In this document: in pieces, positions 49,018 through 58,627 of the stretch
Position numbering within the stretch: position 1 is the stretch's first letter
Layout: each line of letters starts with the position of its first letter
NCBI GenBank assembly: GCA_965207065.1
Contig: OZ242260.1
Coordinates: 3,136,001 to 3,200,000 of the forward strand
Origin: a bacterium
Lineage (GTDB): Bacteria > UBA8248
Reading direction: 5' to 3'
Length of the DNA stretch: 64,000 bases
Notes under the pieces: generated by a model
The model's database searches: none
Told to the model about the DNA's origin: nothing
The model's input: the letters and a program-made list of their open reading frames with translations, nothing else
Made by a program: the position numbers and the translations under genes

Positions 49018-50088
49018 TCACTGGTTCCTCGTATAGAAATTGCGTATGCGCTCCCTCATCAAGGAGCCGGTATCCCCGGAGTCGGGGAGCGCAATGGATG
49101 GTTCGCTCGCGCCGTCCATGAGGTTTGATGTGAACTCCGACAGGTCCACGGCCTCGAAGTCGATTCGTTCCATCTCCTCTACGGTGAAGCCCCGGCAATT
49201 GCCCCAGCCGATTCCGAGCTGCGCCCGCGCCGCTTCCTGCAGGATGCGGCCGAGCTTCGAGCCGAAGACGCACCAGACACGTTTCCGTCGGATACAGACC
49301 CCGAATATCCGCCTGGCGCACCGGACTCCGAGGTAATGGGTATTGCCCGCGTGGCGCTCCTGCGCCAGGAGGCGTTCGGCCTCGGTGCAGTTTCCCAGAC
49401 CGATGAAAAGGCCCGAGTTCTTGCAGCAGTTCGCCAGTCCGCCCCACCTGATCCGGCACGATCTACGTTCGCCCCGGAAGAAGAGCAGGTTCCCGCGGTC
49501 GAATTCCTCGCCGCCCAGTTCCAGCACCATGTTGAGTTTCGCCGCCGCGTCCACGAACCCGGTGCCCGCCTGTGAGGTTGCCGTCCCGCAGTCCGCGCCG
49601 GCGCACCACCTGACGCCACCGCAGGCGCCGCCCGATTCGGCCCGGTCGAGACCCGACGCGCAGTCCGAGATCGACCCCGAGGCCAGGCCCGAGGCGCCGA
49701 AGCGCGAAGCGCCGGGGTCGCTCTGGATTTCTCCGGCGCGCCCTGCGATGGGATCCTCAGCCTCGAGCGAAGCATCCGGTCGCGCGGTTACGCCCTCGAT
49801 CACGGTGCGCCCGGCGCGTCCACCGGGATCTCCGGGATCGGCGAGCGCACGGGCAGCGGCGTTTTCCAGATCGGCCGCATTCAGGTCACGCTCGGGCCGG
49901 TTCGTTCCCGCGTAGCCCGGAACCCCGGATGCCGAAGCGGGGTCTTTCGCGACGGCGGCCGCCGCCGACCGTCCAGCGCTACCCATCGCGCGGGCGGCCG
50001 CCTTGGGGTCTTCGGCCAAGGCGTTGGTGATACTTAAGTGCGCGAGGAGGAAAAGGGTGATCGTTCTCAGCCATAAATTCCGGTTCAT
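49018..50088 (-). CDS. traN: Short TraN mating-pair stabilisation protein (356 aa)
   Basis: FRGERRSC..NCC, C.FGSKLGRILQE, CRGFTVEEMERIDFEAVDLSEF. Confidence 0.88.
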   Translation of the reverse strand: MNRNLWLRTITLFLLAHLSITNALAEDPKAAARAMGSAGRSAAAAVAKDPASASGVPGYAGTNRPERDLNAADLENAAARALADPGDPGGRAGRTVIEGVTARPDASLEAEDPIAGRAGEIQSDPGASRFGASGLASGSISDCASGLDRAESGGACGGVRWCAGADCGTATSQAGTGFVDAAAKLNMVLELGGEEFDRGNLLFFRGERRSCRIRWGGLANCCKNSGLFIGLGNCTEAERLLAQERHAGNTHYLGVRCARRIFGVCIRRKRVWCVFGSKLGRILQEAARAQLGIGWGNCRGFTVEEMERIDFEAVDLSEFTSNLMDGASEPSIALPDSGDTGSLMRERIRNFYTRNQ

Positions 50089-50798
50089 GGGTGTTCTCCC
50101 CTGAGTTTCCCGAGATGATGCCGCGCCGTCTCGCGGCCCGGTCCGCCCTCAAGTGCGATGATCGAAAGCGCGGCGTCGAGACCGGTGTTTCCTTTAATAC
50201 GGTCGTGGGGAGGTGACGGATCCGATGCACAGCCCCTGCTCTTACACGCCGGCACGCCGCCCGGGACGACGACGACGGCGGGCACGGCGGTGACCTCGAA
50301 CAGCCGGAAAAGGCGCGGGTCGATCGCCGCGCCCGCGCCTTCCGCGAGATGCGCCCCGACGCGTTTCACCGTGGCCCTGAGTCCTCCCCGCGCGACGCCG
50401 CGCAGCACCAGCGGCGCGCCGATCCTCGTCGCCTCGGCGCTCCATTCACGCCAAACCGATGCGGGAATCGATAGACTCATGAAAACAATGACTTTGGAAC
50501 CTTTAGGAGGCGCTGACAGATTCTCCGCCAGGCTCCCCGCGAGGTTCTCGGCCGGGAGGGAGGAGGGAGATTTGGGGGCGTTTTTGCCCGCTTGTTCCAA
50601 GGCTCGCTCCAATACCGAGCGCGACCAGGAGCCGAGGTCGCCGTGTGGAGATTCCGGCGTTTTGCGGAGCGCATCTTCCACCATCTCGCGCGCGGCTTTT
50701 TCAGCTGTATCTTGCGAAAAAACCGGAGTGTTCCATGCCGCGAGAAGGAAGGAACAAAAAAGCGCCATAACAGTCATATTGATCACTTTGCAGCCCAT
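50085..50798 (-). CDS. trbC: F-type pilin assembly protein TrbC
   Basis: IVFMSLSIP, LVLRG, IDPRLFRLFEVTAVPAVV, DRIKGN. Start uncertain. Confidence 0.88.
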   Translation of the reverse strand: MGCKVINMTVMALFCSFLLAAWNTPVFSQDTAEKAAREMVEDALRKTPESPHGDLGSWSRSVLERALEQAGKNAPKSPSSLPAENLAGSLAENLSAPPKGSKVIVFMSLSIPASVWREWSAEATRIGAPLVLRGVARGGLRATVKRVGAHLAEGAGAAIDPRLFRLFEVTAVPAVVVVPGGVPACKSRGCASDPSPPHDRIKGNTGLDAALSIIALEGGPGRETARHHLGKLRGEHP

Positions 50799-50809
50799 TA
50801 TAAAAATAA

Positions 50810-51811
50810 TCAGAGGAGGCAGCAGTTGCGCTTGCGCCAGAGCAGGAAGCCGAAATTCTCCCCCGCGACCGGAAGCTCGCGGAGCGTCTCCCAGAGCACG
50901 GTGGAGCGGCCCGTGGGGTTGCAGCCGGTAAGCGCCGAGGTGGCCGGGACGGGCTGGGTCATCTGCCAGCGGTACTGTGATTTCTTCATGATCGGCATGG
51001 GGTAGCGTCCGCACAGGGCGGCGGATCCCAACGTGCCCCAGGCGAGAAGCATGCGGTGCAGGCGGAAGACGAGACGCTGCGCGGCGAGGAGAGACGCCTG
51101 CACGCCGCCCACGTGCGCGCCCACGTTGCCCGTCAGGGGATACATTGAGCCCTGGCACCCCGCGCACCAGTACAGTGGATCGAGCGGGAGTCCCGCGGAA
51201 GCCGCCGCGCAGTCGGCGGCGCACGCCGCCTGGGCGGGGAGATCCGCGAAGAGCGCGGCTTCGGGGTTCAGAAGAAACGAGAGCTCATCGTCGCGCCAGG
51301 CCGGATCGAGTTCGGATATCCAGGCGATGTCGAGACCGCCGCCTTCGAGACAGCCGAGATCGATCAGCGCCCCGATCCACGAGAGCAGGGGATAGACGTA
51401 GTAGTGGACGTGCCAGGTGGATCCCTGAGCTCCGTCCCCGCCGGAAGTTCCCGTGCGCCCGCGTCCCGCCGGCAAACCCCCGTCGATGGTCAATCCACCG
51501 AGATTCGGAAAACACCAGGGCGCGCGGCTCGCGTCGATAAGACGCGCGGGTTCCCAGACGCCGAGCGAAAGACCGATCCGGGGGATGGGACTCCCGCAGA
51601 AGCAGATCGGGGACCCCGGGTTGGGCGTATCCGGCGCACCGGCGGCCGAGCCTATCCGGATGGGTCCTATCGAAATCGGAAACAGGCACTCCCAGCACAC
51701 GTCCGTCACGGGGTTCACGAAACGACCCGAGCAGGACTGTGCAGAGACACTCTGTGTCGAGAGAATGCAGGAGAGAAAAATGACTGTAGTGAGGAAAATC
51801 AGGCGCCTCAT
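50810..51811 (-). CDS. traU: TraU
   Basis: CSGRFVNPVTDVCWECLFPI, WEPAR, WCAGCQG, WRKRNCC. Confidence 0.95.
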   Translation of the reverse strand: MRRLIFLTTVIFLSCILSTQSVSAQSCSGRFVNPVTDVCWECLFPISIGPIRIGSAAGAPDTPNPGSPICFCGSPIPRIGLSLGVWEPARLIDASRAPWCFPNLGGLTIDGGLPAGRGRTGTSGGDGAQGSTWHVHYYVYPLLSWIGALIDLGCLEGGGLDIAWISELDPAWRDDELSFLLNPEAALFADLPAQAACAADCAAASAGLPLDPLYWCAGCQGSMYPLTGNVGAHVGGVQASLLAAQRLVFRLHRMLLAWGTLGSAALCGRYPMPIMKKSQYRWQMTQPVPATSALTGCNPTGRSTVLWETLRELPVAGENFGFLLWRKRNCCLL

Positions 51812-52479
51812 GAGCGATCTCCTTCGCTCCCGGCCTTCTCTTCGTCTTCCAGGGGGACTTCCGTAATCCGCAAGAATGCTCCCTCGGCTTCGAGCACCGA
51901 CGGCGTGGCGGCAAGGCCGAACCGCCTCGCGAGCCGCCCGCCCTGGTCGAAGAAAAACGCCCGCCCGTGCGCTCTCATCAACTCCAGCGGACGGCCCGCG
52001 AGCAAAACGATCACGGAGGGTTTTTCACGGGCAATCGCCCAGTCGACCTCGACCGGGCGCGTACCGTCGATGAACAGGAGGTCGCGGGTCAGGGGGTGTT
52101 TTTCGAGGGGATTGATCCGCGTCCCCCGGGCAGCGAGCAACGCTCCGTCCGGCGCAAGGATGTCCCGTTCGACCTCGACCGATGGATCGAAAAGCCGGGT
52201 GCGGCGTTCGCGCGCAGGCCGGACGCCGGCAACGCGTGGAGGCGCCTCGATCCGCTCCCGGGCGCGTTCCACCACCTCGCGCCTCATGCGGTCCGCCTCG
52301 CCCGTGTTCTCCATTTCCTGGAACCTTGCCTCAATCTCGCGCAAAAGGTCAGGCTCCTCGATGCGCCAGACGGCGCCGCGAACGCCCAGGTCCTTCGCCG
52401 AAGCTGTTCCCACCAGCAGGACGAGGGCGCATCCCATCACGGACTTCGCGAGACGTGAATGAAGCAGGAACTTCCTCAT
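51808..52479 (-). CDS. traW: TraW
   Basis: KDLGVRGAVWRIEEPDLL, FDPS, GTRINPL, FFDQGG. Confidence 0.93.
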   Translation of the reverse strand: MRKFLLHSRLAKSVMGCALVLLVGTASAKDLGVRGAVWRIEEPDLLREIEARFQEMENTGEADRMRREVVERARERIEAPPRVAGVRPARERRTRLFDPSVEVERDILAPDGALLAARGTRINPLEKHPLTRDLLFIDGTRPVEVDWAIAREKPSVIVLLAGRPLELMRAHGRAFFFDQGGRLARRFGLAATPSVLEAEGAFLRITEVPLEDEEKAGSEGDRS

Positions 52480-53030
52480 GGCCGCGCTTCCCCTCGTTTC
52501 GCGAGGGGTCCTTCGATACCCAGCCAGGGGATGTCGGGAAGCGGGAGGGCGCGGGCCCGGATGCGCTCGCGCGGCACGAGCCCGATCTCCCGGTACCGGC
52601 TGTCGTGGCTGTCCGCGTGATCGGCGTGTACGTAGTAGTGTCCCGGCGGAATCACGCCGGGCCCTATCGTTTCCAGGGCGCGGCCGTCGAGCGCATGCCT
52701 CTTGGCGATCCCGGTGAAATCTCCCCTGACGAAGACGCGGCGTTCTGAATCCACCGCCACGCTGTCTCCCGGCAGGCCGATAACACGCTTCATGTAGGGT
52801 ATGTTGGAACCCGCGGCTTCGGGCGGGTCGAAAAGGACGAGGTCGCCGCGTTTCGGCATCGCCATCATCGGCAGCGCGAAATACCCCCACGCACCGTCCG
52901 ACCAACTCGCGTTCACGTGGACGCGCGAAGCAGCGACGAGCCACAGCCCCGAGAGCACGGCCATACAGACCAGCAGTCTGAAACCCCGGGGGTTGGTTCG
53001 GCCCGGCGTGATGTCATCGGTCATCATCAT
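52476..53030 (-). CDS. Conjugative S26 signal peptidase (TrhF-like pilin processing)
   Basis: NASWS, RGDLVLF, KRVIGLPGD, SHDSRY. Confidence 0.88.
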   Translation of the reverse strand: MMMTDDITPGRTNPRGFRLLVCMAVLSGLWLVAASRVHVNASWSDGAWGYFALPMMAMPKRGDLVLFDPPEAAGSNIPYMKRVIGLPGDSVAVDSERRVFVRGDFTGIAKRHALDGRALETIGPGVIPPGHYYVHADHADSHDSRYREIGLVPRERIRARALPLPDIPWLGIEGPLAKRGEARP

Positions 53031-53407
53031 TTGTTGTTTTCCTCCTTTTTCGGGAAATGCTTCCGGGTCGCGAGTTCCGCCATCGCCGCCTCGACCTCCG
53101 CCGTCAGGTCCTCCCCACCCGCTGCGACGGCGCCCGCCGTGAGCAGGACGACGCCCCGGCGCGCCGCTGTTCGCGCGAGCGCAACTTCGAGCCGTCTCGC
53201 CCATTCGCGGGCGGCGTCCAGGGCTTTCTTGGAATCGCCGCCCTCGCGGAGCGACCTGGTCACGTAGTCCGCCGTAAGGCCTGAGAGACGCACGCTCGCG
53301 ATACGCGGGGGTTTTTCCAGAGAAATCCTTACGGTCACGGCCGATACGGCGGCGGCGACGCCGACTGCGAGCAGGAGAGCGGCCGCGAACGCGGAAAACC
53401 CGCTCAT
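53027..53407 (-). CDS. trbI: TrbI-like protein
   Basis: N-terminal TM, AVAAGGEDLT motif, position between traC and traW. Confidence 0.7.
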   Translation of the reverse strand: MSGFSAFAAALLLAVGVAAAVSAVTVRISLEKPPRIASVRLSGLTADYVTRSLREGGDSKKALDAAREWARRLEVALARTAARRGVVLLTAGAVAAGGEDLTAEVEAAMAELATRKHFPKKEENNK

Positions 53408-53655
53408 TACCGCTCCCCCGAGACGCGCCGCTCGGCGTCCATCGAGACCCAGGCCTTCCGGTCGCAGCGCCTGAACCAGGCCGTCCCGTCCTCGTCGTGG
53501 AACATGTAGCGGTACAGGCCCGCGTAGAGCCGGTCCCCGGGGTCGTCCGAGAGCACGCCCGCCGCGATCGCCGCGCGGAAGACGCTCTCGGTGTCCTCGT
53601 ATACCCGGATGGAGCGCCTCCCCCGCTCAGGCCGTCGCCTGCGCCTAGGCCGCAT
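53407..53655 (-). CDS. Hypothetical protein
   Basis: Coupled to both neighbours. FRAAIAAGVLSDDP..YAGLYRYM. Confidence 0.55.
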   Translation of the reverse strand: MRPRRRRRPERGRRSIRVYEDTESVFRAAIAAGVLSDDPGDRLYAGLYRYMFHDEDGTAWFRRCDRKAWVSMDAERRVSGER

Positions 53656-54358
53656 CGCGCGAGCCTCTGTCCGCCTGCGTCCCGGTGTCCTCTTCCGCCG
53701 CTCGTATGCGCATGTCATGAGGGTTCTCCTCTGTGTTTTCGCCGGACGCCTCAGGGTGTGGACCGGATGCGCTCCCTCCCGGGACGGGCGGTCTCTTGAG
53801 ATCGTTCAAGCGCTCGAGCCAGAGCCTGGCCGCGCGCGCGGGATCGAGGGGCCGGATGCGCCTGTCGAGCGGCGGGAAGAGGACGGCGACCGCGTTATCG
53901 CCCGCACCCGGCACGTCGCGCGCTTCCGCCGCATCGGCCATCCGGGCGATGAAGCGCAGGAGCTCGGCCTGCTCCGCCGCGGGTTCCGTCTCGATACCCG
54001 CCGCCTCGCGTAAGGCGCGGTCGACGCGTGCGCCCAGGCGTCTCAGCCTGTCCGTCTTCCGCCGCGAGGGAGCGGCGTCGGGACCGAGCCACGCGACGCT
54101 CGCCTCGAACAGCAGGGCATGGAGCGCCGCCTCGCGCATGTCGCTGCCCAGACCCTCTATCGCCTCGCTCATCGTCACCGCGTGGGCGGCGAGCGAATGG
54201 AAGCGCCTCATCCGCCCGTCCCGGCGGCAGGTGTTGGCGAGCACGTGGGCCAGGGCCTCGAAGTCGACGGATTCGGCCGTCAGCGATTCGGGGTTTCCCG
54301 GCCACTCCAGCGATCTCTCCTCCGCTTCGCCCCCGTGCGCTCTTCTTCTCACGTTCAT
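53645..54358 (-). CDS. Degenerate HD-family (YfbR/YfdR-like) protein lacking the HD motif
   Basis: DFEALAHVLANTCR..FHSLAAHAV..ALHALLFEASVAWLG. RBS AAAGGA. Confidence 0.7.
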   Translation of the reverse strand: MNVRRRAHGGEAEERSLEWPGNPESLTAESVDFEALAHVLANTCRRDGRMRRFHSLAAHAVTMSEAIEGLGSDMREAALHALLFEASVAWLGPDAAPSRRKTDRLRRLGARVDRALREAAGIETEPAAEQAELLRFIARMADAAEARDVPGAGDNAVAVLFPPLDRRIRPLDPARAARLWLERLNDLKRPPVPGGSASGPHPEASGENTEENPHDMRIRAAEEDTGTQADRGSRDAA

Positions 54359-54411
54359 GTGGTTTCCTTTCCGTTGATGATTTGTTTGCAGCTGTCGGTT
54401 GGAATGGAGCC

Positions 54412-56913
54412 TCAGGGCGCGCCCTCTTCGGCGACCCGCGCGACGGCCTCCTCGGTGGTGAGACCCTCGCTTTTCAGTTTCTCGATCGCCGCGAAGGCGG
54501 GCCCGCGCGATGAGTAGAGCGCCTGAGACCAGCGGTCCAGCGCGAGCCGCGCTACCCGCCAGCCGTCCGGGCCGTGCAGCACGAGTTCGGCGTGGCGTCC
54601 GTCCACGGTGGCCAGGCTCTTGAGCGCGCGCTCCATCCCGGGGTCGCAGTGGATGCGCTTCTCCTGCTTCAGGAGTTCGACGGACTCGTCCTTTTGCGCC
54701 AGGAATATCGTCCAGTCCGAGTTGTCCCAGGCCGCCCGCGCCGCGGGGTTGGCGTAGTAGTCGTTCACGCTCTGGGTGCCGGTGACGAGCGCGCCCCGGT
54801 ATTTTCTCGCGCGGCGGGCGGCGCCCTCCAAGAACGCCTTGCTGTCCTCGCCCGACAACAAATCCCAGGCCTCGTCGATCACGATAGCCTTGGGCCGCGT
54901 CCTCGGGCCGTGGTACATGCGCTGCGTGGCGAGGAATACGACCAGCATGAGCACGACGCCCTGGAGGTCGCCGCGTCCCTTGAGCTCGGCGAGTTCGAAC
55001 ACGGTGAGCGCGGCGTCCAGGTCCGGCGTCCCGCCGCCCTCGAAGAGGCGTCCCATCTCGCCGCCCGGACACCATGGGCCGAGCGCTACGCTCAGGTCGG
55101 ACGCGCGCCTGTCGCCCGCGGCCCCGAGTCCTTTCTGCACTCGGCCTAAGTCCGCGTCGTTTCCGGCTTCCTCCCAGGCGCGCGCGATGGCCTCGTCTAT
55201 CAGCGCCGCCTCGATGTCGTCGATCCGGCCGCGTCTCCTGCACATGCGGCCGACCACCGAGGCCAGCATGGCGAAGCACTCCTCCCGGTAGTCGCCGTCT
55301 CTCGCGGCGGTATCGGCGTCGATCATGGCGAAGGGGTTGAGCCTCGCGGGGTCCTTCCCGAAGGCGATGAAGGCGCCGCCGAGCGCTTCCGCCGTGTGCT
55401 GGAACGAGCGTCCGTCGTCGATGACTACGGCCTCTCCGCCCGCGCCCGCGATCCCCGCGACGAGTTCCTGCATCAACACGGATTTGCCCGATCCCGACTT
55501 GCCGGTCACGGCCACGTTGTAGTTCCCCGCTTCGTTCGCGAAAGGAGACCAGGGGGCGGGCTGCCCGCGTCTTCCCAGGAGAAGAAGCGCGGGCGGTGCG
55601 TCCGGCCGCGCCCTCTGGCCGCGCCACTCGCCGTGCACGGGCGCCAGGTTGACGGCGGATGAGGTGAGCAGCGTCTTCATCCGGCCCATCCGGGCGAGGT
55701 CGGCGTCGAGTCCGCCTGCTGCGACCATGGGCAGGCAGGAGAGCCAGGTAGGGAGGTGCGCGTAGCGCTCCGCCCCCAGCCGCCAGCCCTGTCCGTGGTA
55801 TATGGCGCGCACCGCCTGTTCGGCTTCGTCTATCGCGTCGAGCGGCGCGTAGACCGCCGTCATGTAGGAGGCCCGCACCAGGCGCTCGCCTTCCTTGAGC
55901 CGCTCGGTCACGAAGCGCCAGTCGCGCGCCTTCTCCGGAAGGCCGGGCAGGTAGCGCGCGATGCCCGTCCCCGCCTGCTGCGTCGCGCGGGCGGACTTCA
56001 AGAACGCGCGCTCTCCGTCGGCCGCCTCGCCCATCATCACGGTGAGCGCGGTCAGAACCGGTGCGCCGGGTTGCAGGAAATCTCGATAGAAATCCCCGAT
56101 CAGGGCATTGCCCCGCCAGCCGGGCCAGACTTCCGGATATGCGCGGGCGGAGAGCACGCGCACGGCAACGTCCGCCCCGTCCGGGTGGTGGAAGACCAGG
56201 CCCGCCGGCGCAACGCTCATCGCGCGTCCGGGCGCCGCGCACTGTAAGTGGATCGGATCGCGCGGCGACCAGCGCCTCCCGGGACGTACGAGTCCGCCGT
56301 CATGGACGCCTTCCGTATCGGGCGCGGCGAGCTCCGCTGCCAGCGAGAGCAGCGCGTCGGGCTCCATCCGCCGGGACCAGGTCCCGATCGAGGCGAACGC
56401 GCCCTCGATCGCGCGGCGGAAGCCGCCGAGCGCGGTCTCAGAAGCCGGTCCCGGACGCCCCGGCAGACTCGCCGCGAGGAACACCCGGCAGTCGTTCATC
56501 GTAAAGGTTGGCCCGCCCGCGTGGAGCGGCCGCCAGCCCGCTCCCGTGAACAGCGCCGAGCGGCGTTTCGCCATCACCGCCTGCAGGCCGCCCGCCGCCT
56601 CCCTCGGCCCGGACCATTCCGCGATCGCGGCCCCGTAGCGCGGGCTCGTCCAGTGGATCACCTGCACCACGGAACGATCGGGTGCGGAGTCCGCGAGCGT
56701 TCCCGCGAGGGCGTCCAGCGTCCCCTCGTCCACCCCCGCGAAAGGCGGGAGTTCCAGGACGAAGCCGAGGCTGCCTGCGTTCACGTAGAACTCGCCCGAC
56801 TCGTCCCAGGCGCGCCAGGGGAGGAGGTCCACGAGCGGGGCCGGGACGGCCGGGAGCGTCCAGGGCGCAAGCGCGTCGGCGCCGCCGAAGATGTCCTTCA
56901 GTCGCTCGATCAC
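54412..56913 (-). CDS. traC: VirB4-like ATPase TraC
   Basis: NYNVAVTGKSGSGKS, IDDGRS, IDEAW, RRARKYRG. GTG start overlaps the traV stop. Confidence 0.95.
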   Translation of the reverse strand: MIERLKDIFGGADALAPWTLPAVPAPLVDLLPWRAWDESGEFYVNAGSLGFVLELPPFAGVDEGTLDALAGTLADSAPDRSVVQVIHWTSPRYGAAIAEWSGPREAAGGLQAVMAKRRSALFTGAGWRPLHAGGPTFTMNDCRVFLAASLPGRPGPASETALGGFRRAIEGAFASIGTWSRRMEPDALLSLAAELAAPDTEGVHDGGLVRPGRRWSPRDPIHLQCAAPGRAMSVAPAGLVFHHPDGADVAVRVLSARAYPEVWPGWRGNALIGDFYRDFLQPGAPVLTALTVMMGEAADGERAFLKSARATQQAGTGIARYLPGLPEKARDWRFVTERLKEGERLVRASYMTAVYAPLDAIDEAEQAVRAIYHGQGWRLGAERYAHLPTWLSCLPMVAAGGLDADLARMGRMKTLLTSSAVNLAPVHGEWRGQRARPDAPPALLLLGRRGQPAPWSPFANEAGNYNVAVTGKSGSGKSVLMQELVAGIAGAGGEAVVIDDGRSFQHTAEALGGAFIAFGKDPARLNPFAMIDADTAARDGDYREECFAMLASVVGRMCRRRGRIDDIEAALIDEAIARAWEEAGNDADLGRVQKGLGAAGDRRASDLSVALGPWCPGGEMGRLFEGGGTPDLDAALTVFELAELKGRGDLQGVVLMLVVFLATQRMYHGPRTRPKAIVIDEAWDLLSGEDSKAFLEGAARRARKYRGALVTGTQSVNDYYANPAARAAWDNSDWTIFLAQKDESVELLKQEKRIHCDPGMERALKSLATVDGRHAELVLHGPDGWRVARLALDRWSQALYSSRGPAFAAIEKLKSEGLTTEEAVARVAEEGAP

Positions 56914-57407
56914 GGCAGCCTCCAGCCCGCTGGCCTTATCACCGCGCGTACCCAATTGCCCTCGCGATATATTCCTTTCGCGTCCACGTAGGGTGCGATC
57001 CAGATCCGCGCGATCCGCTCCTTCGTACGGAGGTTTTCATTCGGCTCGGCCGGAGTCTCATCCGAAACCCGTGGAACGACCAGCGGCTCGGCCGTGGCCA
57101 CCTCCTCGTCCTCTTCGGCTGAAAAGAGTTCCGCGAACCAGGCGATGATGCCGCTCAGGAACGGGGTCCCGGTGGTTTCGATGGAACGAACCGGGGAGAG
57201 GGGAGTCGTTTCCCGTGCTTTTTCTGTTGTCGCAACGGCGGGGTCCGCCTCCGAAACGCTCGCGCACGCCGCCCCCTGCGCGATGGGGCATTGCCAGCTC
57301 TCGCCCACGTGGCTTCCCCCCGCACAGCCCGCGAGGAACATGACGGTCAACAGCATCGCCGGCAAATGAAATCTTCCTGTCGATGATGGATGGATATTCG
57401 TTCTCAT
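56910..57407 (-). CDS. traV: TraV lipoprotein
   Basis: Lipobox LAGC, WQC..GAACAS, RIWIAPYVD. Confidence 0.9.
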   Translation of the reverse strand: MRTNIHPSSTGRFHLPAMLLTVMFLAGCAGGSHVGESWQCPIAQGAACASVSEADPAVATTEKARETTPLSPVRSIETTGTPFLSGIIAWFAELFSAEEDEEVATAEPLVVPRVSDETPAEPNENLRTKERIARIWIAPYVDAKGIYREGNWVRAVIRPAGWRLP

Positions 57408-58627
57408 CTGTTCCTCCCGTGTTTGTTGCTCTTCCTGTCTTCGCTCCCGTCGATCCGGGCGCCCTCGATGAACACGACCGTGACCCTCGTTCCCGTCTGG
57501 AGCTGGATCACCGGCTGGTACTGCTCGGCACGGCGGATCAGGTAGTCCGCCACCCGGCGGCCGGCCGATCCCGCGCCCGCTCCCAGGCCCGCGCGTCCCA
57601 GGTCGCTCAGGCTCGCCGCGTTCTCCGCCCCCGCCGTCCCGGCAGGCGCCTGGAGCACGTTGGCGGCGGTCTCGCCCACGCCCGACACCAGGCCCGCGAG
57701 AAAGGCCTTTTCCACGAGCGCACCCTCGCGGCTCACCACGGGACCCCGCACGCCGGCCTTGCCGCCGCCCGCCACGAAGCCCGAGACCTCGGTCTCGATC
57801 ACGGTCGCCGCCTCGGCGCCGGCGCAGGTCATGGTCTGAAGCCGCACGTAGACTTTCTCGGACGAGAGGTCCCCGTAGGCCGCGCCCGTCAGCGTGCAGC
57901 CCTCGACGTCGGCTTCCATCGCCGCTCCACCCGCCGCCGCACTCCGTGCCTTGCCCGTGAGTCGAAGCAGCACCGGGCGCGGGTCGCCCTGGGAGGAGAC
58001 GCCCGCCGAGGCGTCCACGCCCGCCAGAACCACCGCTTCCGCGTAGGCGCCCGCGGGCAGCCAGGAGGAAAGGGGGCGTGGGCCCGTATCAGGGGCGTTC
58101 GTACCCTCGACTCCCGTGCCGGTATGAAATTCCCGGATCATGGGCGCATTCGCCGTAGAGGCTCTCCCGCCGGGTGGCGTGCGATCCCCCTTCGCGCCCG
58201 GCGCAGGCCGCTTCGACCGGACGGGCGCGGCGGGGCGGGTCTCCAGTTTTTTGCGCAGTTCGTCGATCGCCGCCGCCTGGCGGTCGATCACCATCCGTCC
58301 GTCCGCCGCGCCCTTGTCGAGACGCGCCCTGAGCCGCGCGTTCTCCTCCTCCGAGCGCCGGTTCTTCGTCTCCATCTCGCGGAGCCGCGCCTCCATCTGT
58401 CCGATCCGGGCCTCCGATCGCCTGACCCAGACGGCTTCCGCAGACCCTGCGCCCGCGAGCTTCGCCCGGACCCCGCCCCGTGGCGGCGGCGCTTCGCTCC
58501 CTCCCGCCGAGAACCAGGCCGCGAAAGCGACGAGCACGGCAGCGGCCAGGCTTGATAACAGGAGCATCTGGCGACTCCTGATCTTCCGGCTCTCGGGGTC
58601 CATCGGGGTTTTCTCCTGCCCGCTCAT
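57404..58627 (-). CDS. traB: TraB (VirB10-like)
   Basis: LPAGAYAEAVVLAGVDA, AYGDLSSEKV, GVRGPVVSREG, AEQYQPVI. Confidence 0.93.
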   Translation of the reverse strand: MSGQEKTPMDPESRKIRSRQMLLLSSLAAAVLVAFAAWFSAGGSEAPPPRGGVRAKLAGAGSAEAVWVRRSEARIGQMEARLREMETKNRRSEEENARLRARLDKGAADGRMVIDRQAAAIDELRKKLETRPAAPVRSKRPAPGAKGDRTPPGGRASTANAPMIREFHTGTGVEGTNAPDTGPRPLSSWLPAGAYAEAVVLAGVDASAGVSSQGDPRPVLLRLTGKARSAAAGGAAMEADVEGCTLTGAAYGDLSSEKVYVRLQTMTCAGAEAATVIETEVSGFVAGGGKAGVRGPVVSREGALVEKAFLAGLVSGVGETAANVLQAPAGTAGAENAASLSDLGRAGLGAGAGSAGRRVADYLIRRAEQYQPVIQLQTGTRVTVVFIEGARIDGSEDRKSNKHGRNR

